39,162 bases of DNA from a virus (IMGVR_UViG_3300025635_000063:1-39162), one strand, 5' to 3'; positions 18,151 to 27,438 are shown, counted from the first letter of the stretch. The notes: a model not told the origin generated them from the sequence alone. Numbers and translations are program-made.

Positions 18151-18648
18151 TTACGCCGGGTTCGTGTACGGGTGGACGTACATCGGCGTCGCGGCCACAA
18201 CCGTGAGGGCGGTAGCCAACGAACCCGTTACCGGCAAGTACACCCCAGCCACGAGGCAGTTGGAGATGGTGGCATCATCCAACTCGCCCGCGTTGGCCGT
18301 AGTGAACAAGGGCACGTTGTCCGCGCAATCGTCGGACAAGCGCATGAGGAACGTCCCCTGACGCATCGCCCAGCCGTAGTAGGCCGAGGCGATGGAGGTC
18401 TGAATACAGCCGACCTTCTTCCCGCTTCCGGCGTCAGCCGCAAGGGTCGTGGTCAACGGAGCCGCCGTGCCCTGCTCATAGATCAGGACGGCGCAATACG
18501 CGGAGATCGCTTCTCCGGCAACAATGTACTCAGCCACGCCACCGGCATCCGTATGCACGATGGTGCCGACAGGAATGCGAGCGGTAGAACTCGAATCCGT
18601 CAGCGGGGGAGTGACAAGCGGACTGATGATTTTTGATGCGACAGCCAT
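18151..18648 (-). CDS. Putative capsid decoration/cement protein
   Basis: 165 aa directly after the major capsid gene; GGAG RBS; Ala/Thr/Gly beta-rich, YYGW motif. Confidence 0.6.
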   Translation of the reverse strand: MAVASKIISPLVTPPLTDSSSTARIPVGTIVHTDAGGVAEYIVAGEAISAYCAVLIYEQGTAAPLTTTLAADAGSGKKVGCIQTSIASAYYGWAMRQGTFLMRLSDDCADNVPLFTTANAGELDDATISNCLVAGVYLPVTGSLATALTVVAATPMYVHPYTNPA

Positions 18649-18696
18649 GTGCTATTCTCCTTGTTATTCGTGGATGATCGTCAGTCGATCACCAGC

Positions 18697-19662
18697 TTAT
18701 GCCTTGAGGACGCCCTGCATTTTGCGGTTGCTGCACACCAGATTCCCCATCCAGAGAATCGGGATGACGGAACCATCCTGGTTGACAGGCCGCATATCGC
18801 TCATCTCTTCCATGTCCGCATCCTTATGCGCGACCAACTCCAAATAGTTGGTGTTGATGAAGTAGGCGTGCGAGGCAGGGATGCCGGTCGCTGAGGTGTC
18901 GTACAACACATCCGCGCCCTTGTACTTCAAGGCCACCGCGCCCCCGTCGAGCGTACCGCTGGAAGAGTACCGCTTGAAGGAGACTTGTGAACCCTCGAAG
19001 TGCGTGTAGTACACGCTGTCCATGACGATCAAATCCGTCTGATCGTCCGGGCCGCGATCCGTCGCCAGCCACAGCGGCAACATACAGCCGAGTTCGATGT
19101 TCGACGCCGAGATGGTCGTCACCAAATCCGAGGCATCGGCCACGGAGTTCTGCCAGAAGGACCACACGTTGGCGTCAATTGAACCAACGGTATTGGTGTT
19201 GGTGTCGGCAATAATGGCCTGCAAGCCGTTGATCTGGTTCGTGAGCGAGCCAGCGGAGTACAGGTCAGACGAGAAGCTATTCGTAAAGGTACGAATGGCA
19301 TTCTTCAACCGCGCTTTCGCCAGGTTGATAATCTGCGATTCCCCGCTGTTAATGCGGAGTTCGCGGCCTGAGGCCACGACGTTAATCGCAATCTGCCGCC
19401 ACTGATATTCCGCGGCACTCAGCACATCGGACTGGGAGATGTTCAACACATCCCAGTCTGAATACCGCTGATAGGTCCCGTTGCTGTTGTAGTCCAGCGG
19501 GCAGGCAATCGTCAGACCGCCATCTTCCAAGCGGTAGTTGCCGCGCTGCTTCATACGCTTCACCAGCGCGTTGCGGTTGCTCAGGTTGTCTTTGACGGTA
19601 CTGCGGTGCTTCCGGTAGGTGGTCGAAACCAGCTCCGTGAAGGTAGAGTTTGCTGAAGGCAT
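18697..19662 (-). CDS. Major capsid protein (HK97 fold)
   Basis: 321 aa after the scaffold gene; AAGGAG RBS; GGLTI..PL, AEYQWRQ, INGLQAII, WMGNLVCSNR motifs. Confidence 0.85.
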   Translation of the reverse strand: MPSANSTFTELVSTTYRKHRSTVKDNLSNRNALVKRMKQRGNYRLEDGGLTIACPLDYNSNGTYQRYSDWDVLNISQSDVLSAAEYQWRQIAINVVASGRELRINSGESQIINLAKARLKNAIRTFTNSFSSDLYSAGSLTNQINGLQAIIADTNTNTVGSIDANVWSFWQNSVADASDLVTTISASNIELGCMLPLWLATDRGPDDQTDLIVMDSVYYTHFEGSQVSFKRYSSSGTLDGGAVALKYKGADVLYDTSATGIPASHAYFINTNYLELVAHKDADMEEMSDMRPVNQDGSVIPILWMGNLVCSNRKMQGVLKA

Positions 19663-19683
19663 ATGATGTCTCCTTATCGAGCT

Positions 19684-20715
19684 TTATTTGTCGCGTAAGT
19701 GAATTTTCGCGTAAGTGTCTTTTAAGGTGTCATCCAAGGACCCCACGGGGTCTGTCGAACTCCGTGCGGTATCACGGCTCCGCACATTGACGCCCTTCGC
19801 CGTTTTCTTCGGCAAGGCATCGAGGCGGGCGCGTTCTTTTGCCTTCTCGGCTTCTGTCTGAAGTCGAGCCTGCATCTGCTTTTCGCGTGTCACCGGATTG
19901 GCCCAAATCGCCCGCTGATAGGCTTCCTGTAAGGAGTCCCCAGCCTTGATGAACTTGGCGATGTCATCCGCCACATCCTCAAAGAAGGCGTTATTCGGGT
20001 CACTGGCGAACGCGTCCACTTCCTGCTTGATGGTGGCTTGTGCCGCCGCATACGCTTCCCGCTGTTTGGCGAGTTGCATTTCTTCGATCTGTGCGAGTTT
20101 CTGTTCAATGGTCTGTAGGCGAGGGTCAACCGGAGTCTGGGTGGCGGGATCGCCAGCCTGTTGCGGCTGTGCCGAGATGCCGAGATTGCGGCCCAATTCC
20201 TGATAGGCTTGCTGCCGTGATTCCGGCGTGCCGGTCGTCAGCCGTCGATTCGCTTCCAGCAAGAACTGCACGGCGCGTTGCGGTTCCACCCCATGCCGGA
20301 CAAAATCCTCGTGATACGGCGACACCACATCGTGAAACGTCTTGCCGAAGTTCGCGGCTTGCTTGTACTGCTCCAAGCCGTCGAGCATTTGCTTTTCGCG
20401 GGTCTGCCAATACTGCTGCACTTGCGGAGGCGTCTTGGTCCAGTGCTCGTGCATCTCTTTCGGCCAGGACTTCGGCGCGGTCCCTGTCGTCGTCTCAGGG
20501 GTTGTCGCTGTCGTCGCGGCAGGGGTCGTCTCTGTCGGTGTTTGAGCGACAGCCTCTTCCTTGGGCTGTTCGGCCAATGCTTCAGCGACCGTCTCCGTCG
20601 CGGGCTTGTCTCCTTCAGGCGTCTCGACTTCGGGGAACAGTTCATTCCCCAACCGTTCAACGGCTGAATCCATGTCAAACCCGGTCTGTTCTTCCGCTAC
20701 TTCTGTCTCAGGCAT
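19684..20715 (-). CDS. Scaffolding protein
   Basis: Acidic/Thr-rich N-terminus, APKSWPKEMHEHW, coiled coil; immediately upstream of the capsid gene; GGAGG RBS before ATG 20715. Confidence 0.75.
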   Translation of the reverse strand: MPETEVAEEQTGFDMDSAVERLGNELFPEVETPEGDKPATETVAEALAEQPKEEAVAQTPTETTPAATTATTPETTTGTAPKSWPKEMHEHWTKTPPQVQQYWQTREKQMLDGLEQYKQAANFGKTFHDVVSPYHEDFVRHGVEPQRAVQFLLEANRRLTTGTPESRQQAYQELGRNLGISAQPQQAGDPATQTPVDPRLQTIEQKLAQIEEMQLAKQREAYAAAQATIKQEVDAFASDPNNAFFEDVADDIAKFIKAGDSLQEAYQRAIWANPVTREKQMQARLQTEAEKAKERARLDALPKKTAKGVNVRSRDTARSSTDPVGSLDDTLKDTYAKIHLRDK

Positions 20716-20730
20716 AGAACCTCCAAGCAA

Positions 20731-20773
20731 TAAAAAAGGCCTACCGAGCAGCCGCGCTGCCTCGATAAGCCTT
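20731..20773 (-). terminator. Intrinsic terminator-like hairpin upstream of the scaffold gene
   Basis: Minus strand AAGGCTTATCGA-G-GCAGC gcg GCTGC-TCGGTAGGCCTT followed by TTTTATT. Confidence 0.7.
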
Positions 20774-20817
20774 GACCCCTGCGTGTTCTGAGGGGGTAAG
20801 CGATGATGTGCGAACGA

Positions 20818-20979
20818 TTACTTCAGTTGTTTTTTACATGCCTCGCAGAGCTGTTCTTTCATCGCGTCCGCCATCCATTGAGGTACGGGCGCGAACCGAT
20901 ACATGCCGTTCTCTTCCATCCCCACTTTCTCCTGGCAGGACTCGCACAGTACGAGGATGGGAACGCCGTGCCATTTCAT
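20818..20979 (-). CDS. 53-aa CxxC...CxxC zinc-binding protein
   Basis: Manual translation MKWHGVPILVLCESCQEK...LCEACKKQLK; ATGA-coupled. Confidence 0.55.
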   Translation of the reverse strand: MKWHGVPILVLCESCQEKVGMEENGMYRFAPVPQWMADAMKEQLCEACKKQLK

Positions 20980-21065
20980 TTATCTAGCAACTCCTTCAGC
21001 ATCCGGCGCAAGCCGTCGAGCTGCCGCAGAATGTCAATAATGCGCTGGCGGTCCTGGTCGCTCAT
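20976..21065 (-). CDS. 29-aa amphipathic helical peptide
   Basis: MSDQDRQRIIDILRQLDGLRRMLKELLDK; ATGA overlaps at both ends. Confidence 0.5.
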   Translation of the reverse strand: MSDQDRQRIIDILRQLDGLRRMLKELLDK

Positions 21066-21493
21066 GCCGTGGGCGTGCTCCTGACCACATCTGCTGTCAT
21101 GCCCTGGTCTACCATTTCGCTATAGAGTTGTGCCCGTTTCGCCGTGGGCATCTTCTCAATCGTCTCCTCGACATGGGCGTCAATCATCGCGTCGAGCTTC
21201 GCATCGCCCTCGTCAATCCGGCGCTTCGCATCGCGTTTCATCTCAGGGTCGTAGGGGACGCAATCGTTCCGCTTCAGGTCCTCTCTCCAGGCGTCATGCG
21301 AGGTGATCGGCCTGCCGTCGATCGGAGAATCAAAACACAACTCCGCCGCCACCTTGACCAACGTCGGGGCGGTAATGATCTGCGTGGCTTCCTGACCGCA
21401 TTCACACATCCAGACCGATGAATGCTCTGAGACTGTTGAGAACCGCTGGAAGCGATGACCGTTCAAGCACGAGTAGAGATAACTTGGCATCAC
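21062..21493 (-). CDS. FmdB-like zinc-ribbon phage protein
   Basis: MPSYLYSCLNGHRF...CECG, then SPIDGRPITS. Confidence 0.65.
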   Translation of the reverse strand: MMPSYLYSCLNGHRFQRFSTVSEHSSVWMCECGQEATQIITAPTLVKVAAELCFDSPIDGRPITSHDAWREDLKRNDCVPYDPEMKRDAKRRIDEGDAKLDAMIDAHVEETIEKMPTAKRAQLYSEMVDQGMTADVVRSTPTA

Positions 21494-22203
21494 ACCCCCA
21501 CTGGTTTCGGCATGTTCAAGGTTGGGAATGCGAGGTCCAGTTCAGCGAACCACTCCCGCGCATAGTCGCAGAACTGGTAGTCCCTGAACCACGGACCTCC
21601 TAAGGTATAGTGAATCAGTTTCGGGGTTTCGGTGCTCTGGTTCGGTTCAGCCACCAGATAGTTCCACTCCATCGGCAAGTCGCCAATGTTCTGCTCCACG
21701 CCCGCCCAAGTCATCCGGTGCAGGTCCAGACCGGAGGCCGTGTTGACGTAGGCCGGGGTGAGCCGGTCGCAGTACTTGTTGCGGAACACCATCACGCTCG
21801 ACCAGTTCTTCCGTGGATAGACCGTTTGCTCCTGCGCCTGCATCTTGAGCGAGGACGACGGCGTGTAGCTATGCTTGACGCACCAGACGGCGCGTAGCTC
21901 ATCTTTCTTGGCAATCTTAACCAGTTCATAGACATCCCCCTGGCAGAGCATGTCGCAGTCCATGAAGATCGAATAATCGCCGTACCCGCTCATGTAGGGC
22001 ACTAGAAAGCGCGTCAGCGAGAACTCGGTGCTTTCCGTCTTGCCCCGCTCCCTCGTATAGAGGCCAGCCTGGCGTAAAGAGTCTTGCACCAGCGGCGTAA
22101 TGGAGACAGGTCCCGACGCCTGCCGTAAGATACTGTGGCAAAGGACATGGTAGGCGACGGTTTCAGCGGGGTCATAGCCGATAAACACATTTAAGGGCCT
22201 CAT
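21490..22203 (-). CDS. GT-A fold glycosyltransferase (GT8/CDI-like)
   Basis: VFIGYD, STEFSLTRFLVP, DxD motif FMDCDML, YPRKNWSS, WNYLV, IHYTLGGPW. Confidence 0.85.
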   Translation of the reverse strand: MRPLNVFIGYDPAETVAYHVLCHSILRQASGPVSITPLVQDSLRQAGLYTRERGKTESTEFSLTRFLVPYMSGYGDYSIFMDCDMLCQGDVYELVKIAKKDELRAVWCVKHSYTPSSSLKMQAQEQTVYPRKNWSSVMVFRNKYCDRLTPAYVNTASGLDLHRMTWAGVEQNIGDLPMEWNYLVAEPNQSTETPKLIHYTLGGPWFRDYQFCDYAREWFAELDLAFPTLNMPKPVGV

Positions 22204-24509
22204 GCAGCTTCGTTCTCCGATTCTGTTTCTGCGGCTTCTTCCGCTCTCGCCGCTTGGGCGGCGGCACTGATCCGCGCCACTTCAATCTGTGCAGCGGCGG
22301 CAATGTTCGCCTTCTGAATTTCCGTCTCTTGGTGTATCAATTCCTGCATCTTCTTGGTGTCGCGTTCCGCCTGCATCTGTCGGCGCTGCATCTCCATCGC
22401 TTCGGGAGACGCTTTGGCCTGATGGACCGCATCACGCATCGCCATCTTGGCCTCGTTCACCTGTTGCTGTTGCGCCAAGACTTCTTCTTGCTGTTTCAAC
22501 TGCAGTTCGCGTTGTGCCAGTTCCTGTTGCTTGATCGCCAGCGTCTTTTCAGCCTGGAACTGTTGTGTTTTCAACTGCTCGCTCGCCTGCATCTGTTGCA
22601 TCTGCTGTTGGATCTGTGCGAGCTGCTGTTGCGCCTGCGCCAGTTCGGCGCCCTTGCCGTCATCTTCCGGTTTCGGCGGCTGCATCGCCTTGATGGTGTC
22701 CTCAAGTTCTGACCCGTACCGCCACCGTCGGACAATCGCCAACAGCATCACTTGGGCCGCTTCAAACGGGAGGGTGCCGGACTGAATCATCGGGCCAAGC
22801 CCTTGCAGCACTTGCGCGAGGACCTGCAAAATCTCTTGAATGTTCTTCTGATCCTCGGCTGCTTCCGGTTCGACCGTGCTATTCGTCTCAATGTCGATCC
22901 GGTAGGCGCGTTGGAGATCGTCGCGCAACATCGCCAGCACATCGGACCACTTCGGGGCCTTCAGTTGCTCTTGAATCTGCTGCAACTGCTGCATCTGCGG
23001 GTTCGGCTGAGGGGGTTGCCCAGGCTGCGGAGGCGGCTGTATCGCCTGTGCCCGCTGGATTTCTTGGCTTATGGCCTGAGCAACCGCTGTCAGCTCGTTG
23101 AACTTGGCGCTCACGAGGAAAGGGAGACCCGTCATCTTGGCCCAGGTTTCTTCGCTGAACTTCGTCGCGGCCAATTCCAACATGAGCCGCAGCAAATCCC
23201 GCGCATAGCGTGCCACTTCCTTCTGTGCCCGCTTCAGCCGCAACGTCCCCCACTGCGTCTTGATTTCCTGTGCGCCGAGCGTTTCAGAGGCTTTGGACGA
23301 TCCCCGCAGAATGTCCGAAATGCCGGTGATTTCGTAGATGACCTGTTTGCACTGTTCCCGGGCGCCGAGCAGTTCGCGCAAGGTGATGATGAGTTCCTGC
23401 ACCGGCATGAACCAAATGGCGTTCTGCAAGCCCTTTTCAGCAGCCAGGGAGGAGGATTTATCGGCGGGGACCAGTTCGTTATCGTCCGCCTCCATCAGCT
23501 TCTTGAGATCGTCGCCTAATTCGCTGTCATAAATGCCCCGCGCCTTGATCGCCTTGGTGATCATGCGAATCCGGCGCGTCAGTTCGTTCAGTTCCTTTGC
23601 CTGATTCTCGTACAGCACATAGACGGCGGTCGGGGTGAAGCTGTGGTTCTTCTTGAGGAACTGCAACGGCTTCGGGCAGTTGAAAAAGCCGGTCAGTTGC
23701 AGGGGGTCATCTTCTTCCTTCAGGAAATCGTCCTTGTAGGTGTCGCTGAGATAGCGAACCTTGCGGCCCCCGTCCTTATCCCACACCTGATAGATCCGGC
23801 AGGTCTTACGCTCGCCTTGGTGTGCGTCCTCTTTGCTCTTGGGTTCGTCCTTCTCCTGCGGCGTGTTGTCTTTCGAGTAGGTGAGCTTCGCCGCTATCTC
23901 CTTGCCAAAGAGCTTCGTGGCTTCTTCACGGTCAATTTCGTTCTCGTAGGCCACCCAGGGGACGTTGGACCACTTCTTCGCGTACCCGAAGTAGACCTTC
24001 TTCCAATCCTTGCTTTCGAGGCAGACCAGTTCGGAGGTCATTGCAGCCGGGACCGCTTCTTCGCCCTCTACCGGCGCAGCCTCGACAAGATCGGCGTCAT
24101 AGACCACGGCAGTGACCGCACGGCCAGGCAGTAAGGCATCGAGAGACGCGGCCTGCATCCCATCGTCAAACACTTCGTAGCCGTCCACGTTGGTATCGAG
24201 CAGAAATTCCAGGCCCCGTTGTCCGGCCTGGGCCGCTGCTTTGCCGAGGGGGTCGTCATCCTTGAACCGGCGCTGTACCACAGGGCGGGGAATGGCCGAA
24301 TAGACGGCAGGGAGCAGCGTTTCGGTGTTGCTGTAGAGGATATTAAACGGCGTTTCGTCCGACTTCGTGCCGTCATAAATGTCCAGAATGCGTTGGCCGG
24401 TCTTGCGAAAGTCGGATTCCCGCTTCTTACAGGCCTCGATTTCCTTGACCCATGCGGCCACGGCTTCTTGTTTCGTTTTCAACTCATCTTCGGCAGTCGG
24501 CTTCGCCAT
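22200..24509 (-). CDS. Portal protein (P22-like, long C-terminal coiled coil)
   Basis: 769 aa immediately after terL; FNILYSN, IYEITGISDILRG, Gln-rich C-terminal barrel. Confidence 0.85.
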   Translation of the reverse strand: MAKPTAEDELKTKQEAVAAWVKEIEACKKRESDFRKTGQRILDIYDGTKSDETPFNILYSNTETLLPAVYSAIPRPVVQRRFKDDDPLGKAAAQAGQRGLEFLLDTNVDGYEVFDDGMQAASLDALLPGRAVTAVVYDADLVEAAPVEGEEAVPAAMTSELVCLESKDWKKVYFGYAKKWSNVPWVAYENEIDREEATKLFGKEIAAKLTYSKDNTPQEKDEPKSKEDAHQGERKTCRIYQVWDKDGGRKVRYLSDTYKDDFLKEEDDPLQLTGFFNCPKPLQFLKKNHSFTPTAVYVLYENQAKELNELTRRIRMITKAIKARGIYDSELGDDLKKLMEADDNELVPADKSSSLAAEKGLQNAIWFMPVQELIITLRELLGAREQCKQVIYEITGISDILRGSSKASETLGAQEIKTQWGTLRLKRAQKEVARYARDLLRLMLELAATKFSEETWAKMTGLPFLVSAKFNELTAVAQAISQEIQRAQAIQPPPQPGQPPQPNPQMQQLQQIQEQLKAPKWSDVLAMLRDDLQRAYRIDIETNSTVEPEAAEDQKNIQEILQVLAQVLQGLGPMIQSGTLPFEAAQVMLLAIVRRWRYGSELEDTIKAMQPPKPEDDGKGAELAQAQQQLAQIQQQMQQMQASEQLKTQQFQAEKTLAIKQQELAQRELQLKQQEEVLAQQQQVNEAKMAMRDAVHQAKASPEAMEMQRRQMQAERDTKKMQELIHQETEIQKANIAAAAQIEVARISAAAQAARAEEAAETESENEAA

Positions 24510-24517
24510 TCTCGCTC

Positions 24518-25945
24518 CTACTGGCTCAACGCCCGTTCACGCTGTTTACGGCTGAAATGCTGCGCTTTGATCTGTCCAAAGGTCTGTTGACCGGGATTCG
24601 TGGAAAGGAGCACCTTGCTATCAAAGGGAGAGTCCGGCTGCTTGGGGTCGCGCATCTTCCACGAGAGCGACAGATACCGGAAGGCGTCGGCATCGTGCGA
24701 GGACCAATCATGCTCCGGCCCTATCGCAAACATCTTCTTCTCGTCATCCCATTGCCGGTGATACTGACGGAGCGACGAGAGGCCCTTGGCGCATCGAGTC
24801 GCATGAAAGCGGCAATAGGGGAACGTCTTTCTTGCGGCCATGATGCCTTCCTGCACATCCAAACGTGGCAGAATCACAAAGCGGCCCAGCGAGGGATGGA
24901 TCTTGGCGGCGTCATGGAATTGCTGAAGGATTGACTTGCCACCAGCGGCCAAGGTGCGAGGCCGAGCATCGTGCGGGAGGTAATGCGTGCCGTAGGTGAT
25001 GCCGTGTTCTTTGGCTTTATTGAGCAGCACATCCACATAGAACTGTACGTCTTTCCCGTTGGAGCTGTGATGGTCGATCAGGTTAATGTCACGGCCCAAA
25101 ATCTGCCGAAACCAGATCGCGGTGTCGTCGGTACGGCCTAAGTCGAAGGCGGTATCCACCACGGCAGTCTTGTCGATAGGCAAATCCAGTATCCTGCCTT
25201 CCTTCTGCGCCCGATCCAGGCAATCGCCCCAAATAGCCCCAGGAATGGCCGCATCAAAGGAGCAGAAGTATTCTTGCAGCCAGAGGGACGCCCCGTAGTC
25301 GTCGCCGTGCAGGTCGCACAACTGCCGCTTTTCTGATTCCAGCTGGTCCGTCGAAAACACGCCGGTCTGTTCAGCGGTCAGCACCTCGGCATACCAGCCT
25401 GCTTCCCGCCGTGCCGTTTTCAACATCGCTTCAAAATGGTTATGTCCGCGAGGGGTACTAATGAACAAGGCCCAGCCGTCATTCTCCATGAGGATCGGGG
25501 ACAGATAGGCCCAGGAGGACGGATTCGACAGCGCATATTCACTAAACACCATCCCCACCACGGCAGACCCGACCAACGAATTGACGTTATCTGATCCGAC
25601 CACCTGCCAGGTTGAGCCGTTCTTAAACTTAATCTTCATTTCCTGATCGTTCGTGGATTCACGAAGCTCGACAGGGAAGGCTTCGTCAATACGTTTCTTA
25701 CCGCTGTGACCATTGACGGCATCCCAGATCGCTTTCCTGGCTTGGGCGTATTCCGGTAACATATGCCAAAAATTTCCCACCCGTTCATGGATTGCACAGG
25801 CCGTATGGTGCAAGCAGAGCTCATCCTTTCCAGCCCGACGATGCCAGCAGGCCACGGCCCGCTTCCCCCCATTCGCTAAATAGTCCCACAGCTTCTGTTG
25901 GTATGGTCGAGGGGCCCAGTTATACGGTAGTTGAAATTGTGGCAA
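24518..25945 (-). CDS. terL: Terminase large subunit
   Basis: PRPYQ, Walker A-like WHRRAGKD, Walker B variant MVFSEY, FISTPRG, nuclease FDLGRTD, HDWSSHDADAFRY. Confidence 0.95.
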   Translation of the reverse strand: MPQFQLPYNWAPRPYQQKLWDYLANGGKRAVACWHRRAGKDELCLHHTACAIHERVGNFWHMLPEYAQARKAIWDAVNGHSGKKRIDEAFPVELRESTNDQEMKIKFKNGSTWQVVGSDNVNSLVGSAVVGMVFSEYALSNPSSWAYLSPILMENDGWALFISTPRGHNHFEAMLKTARREAGWYAEVLTAEQTGVFSTDQLESEKRQLCDLHGDDYGASLWLQEYFCSFDAAIPGAIWGDCLDRAQKEGRILDLPIDKTAVVDTAFDLGRTDDTAIWFRQILGRDINLIDHHSSNGKDVQFYVDVLLNKAKEHGITYGTHYLPHDARPRTLAAGGKSILQQFHDAAKIHPSLGRFVILPRLDVQEGIMAARKTFPYCRFHATRCAKGLSSLRQYHRQWDDEKKMFAIGPEHDWSSHDADAFRYLSLSWKMRDPKQPDSPFDSKVLLSTNPGQQTFGQIKAQHFSRKQRERALSQ

Positions 25946-26168
25946 CCCGTCTCCCTCTCACCTCAGCCGATGGATTCCGTCGTAACACCCGCCGACAGGA
26001 CCAACACATCTTCCCCACGCATTTCCGCCCCTGCTTGGAGACCCGCCCACAGCGCAAGCATTCCCTCGACATCACAGGGAGCGCCCGCCGTTGGTACCGG
26101 AGCCGCATGCGCAACAGACACAACCGGCAGAGCGTCCGCCCTGGCACCGCCTCCGCTGTATGGTTCAC
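25920..26168 (-). CDS. Cys-rich basic small protein
   Basis: GTGA-coupled start; CRLC, CLRC, CWSC. Confidence 0.5.
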   Translation of the reverse strand: MNHTAEAVPGRTLCRLCLLRMRLRYQRRALPVMSRECLRCGRVSKQGRKCVGKMCWSCRRVLRRNPSAEVRGRRVATISTTV

Positions 26169-26326
26169 GCATTGCTTTCCGGCTTCCGCAACTCTTCCCA
26201 TAACCACACCGCCCGATCCCATTCGTAACTCTCCTCCGGCGACCCCACTACCCCCACCAACCGCTTCACCTGCACCCGATGGATGATCGCCTCTAACTCC
26301 CGCTCCATCTCCTCCCGCGTCATCAT
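26165..26326 (-). CDS. 53-aa hypothetical protein
   Basis: Manual translation MMTREEMERELEAIIHRVQVKRLVG...; start/stop overlaps at both ends. Confidence 0.5.
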   Translation of the reverse strand: MMTREEMERELEAIIHRVQVKRLVGVVGSPEESYEWDRAVWLWEELRKPESNA

Positions 26327-26511
26327 CCCGGCTCTCTCTCAGTCAGTGCCTGCTCCCCGTAATGCCACCCGCATCCCGGCTCTGCCGGCGCGTGACAGAG
26401 ATTACACCACAGCCGACTCGCACAGACACAGATCCCTGCGCTGTCCTGTGCTGGGTCCTCCTCATCCCACACCACCCGCACCCCATGAAAGAACACCGCG
26501 GGGCGCTCCAC
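26323..26511 (-). CDS. Cys-rich hypothetical protein
   Basis: GTG start just after the upstream stop; CVC, CNLC, C..H; ATGA overlap at its end. Confidence 0.45.
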   Translation of the reverse strand: MERPAVFFHGVRVVWDEEDPAQDSAGICVCASRLWCNLCHAPAEPGCGWHYGEQALTEREPG

Positions 26512-26512
26512 C

Positions 26513-26743
26513 TCAGAACCCCGCCGGATAGGTCGCCAACGCCACCAACACGGCTGCCGCCTGGGTCGCCGCATTGTCTGAGGCCGTCGTACTCACAAAC
26601 TTCGCCTTCCCCGGATACGGCACGCCCCCCGTAATGTACCACAACTGCGTGGTCCCCACCGTCCCATAACTCCGCACCACCTGCGGCGCATTCAAATTCG
26701 CCACTCCTAACTCTGCCTGAAGAGCTGCCGTCGTAATCGCCAT
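26513..26743 (-). CDS. 76-aa Ala/Thr-rich protein, possibly structural
   Basis: AAGGAGG RBS; clean ORF. Confidence 0.6.
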   Translation of the reverse strand: MAITTAALQAELGVANLNAPQVVRSYGTVGTTQLWYITGGVPYPGKAKFVSTTASDNAATQAAAVLVALATYPAGF

Positions 26744-26955
26744 GACTATGCCTCCTTGATTACTGCGTATTCAATCCGTGGAACCACTAACACCCGATGC
26801 CGGAGCCGTGTAGAGCCTGAAAGCGTGGGTCTATGGCTAGGCCTGGGGTTCCCTTTGTCTAGCCCCGTCCTGCCCGAAAGCCCCCCGGCCTCGTTCTGTC
26901 CAGACTTGTCTCGATCTTTTTTCTGTCCTGGCATGATTTATTCCCCAGACTGACG

Positions 26956-26983
26956 AGTTAACATAATACACATTATCGGACTG
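26956..26983 (-). other. dif-like XerC/XerD recombination site
   Basis: Minus strand CAGTCCGATAA-TGTGTA-TTATGTTAACT versus E. coli dif GGTGCGCATAA-TGTATA-TTATGTTAAAT; intergenic. Confidence 0.8.
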
Positions 26984-26991
26984 ATGAGGAA

Positions 26992-27438
26992 TTACAATGG
27001 GTTATCAGTGTCCACTTCTGCACACTGACCGTTTATCACGTTGTCGTCTGTACCTACTACCTGTAGTGGTGTTGATCGCTGCACGATGACCGTAATCTTG
27101 TTATCTGTGGAAATGTCCTGCTTCGGTCCCCATTCCTTGCTCCGTCTACGCTCAAGATCGAATCGAGCAAACTTCGCCTCTTCGCGTGCGCGTGCGATTT
27201 GCACGCTGTCCGTGGCCGTGTGTAACGCTTCATCGGCATCGGCTAACCGGCAGACCATGGCTTGGGTAATGAGTTGGTAGTACTGCTGGTCGCCTTGGCA
27301 ATGCATCCAGTTGTAAATGGTACGTCTGGCGACTCGGGTATCAGTGGCAATCGTGTCGGTGGACTCGCCGTTGAGATAGCGTTGAATGATGTCAGGGAGT
27401 GTTGGGGGTGTGGTGGCGGTCTGGAGGTCGTCAGCCAT
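26992..27438 (-). CDS. terS: Terminase small subunit
   Basis: N-terminal HTH (YLNGESTDTIATDTRVARRTIYNW), helical middle, ERRRSKEWGPK; first gene of the late operon. Confidence 0.75.
   Translation of the reverse strand: MADDLQTATTPPTLPDIIQRYLNGESTDTIATDTRVARRTIYNWMHCQGDQQYYQLITQAMVCRLADADEALHTATDSVQIARAREEAKFARFDLERRRSKEWGPKQDISTDNKITVIVQRSTPLQVVGTDDNVINGQCAEVDTDNPL

Noticed and set aside
26746-26934. 62-aa minus-strand ORF downstream of the dif-like site
   Set aside because: Possible but has no motif; could be non-coding leader, so it is not listed as a feature
26981-26990. CTGATGAG hammerhead-ribozyme core-like sequence (also near 36484)
   Set aside because: No stem II followed by GAAA downstream in either case
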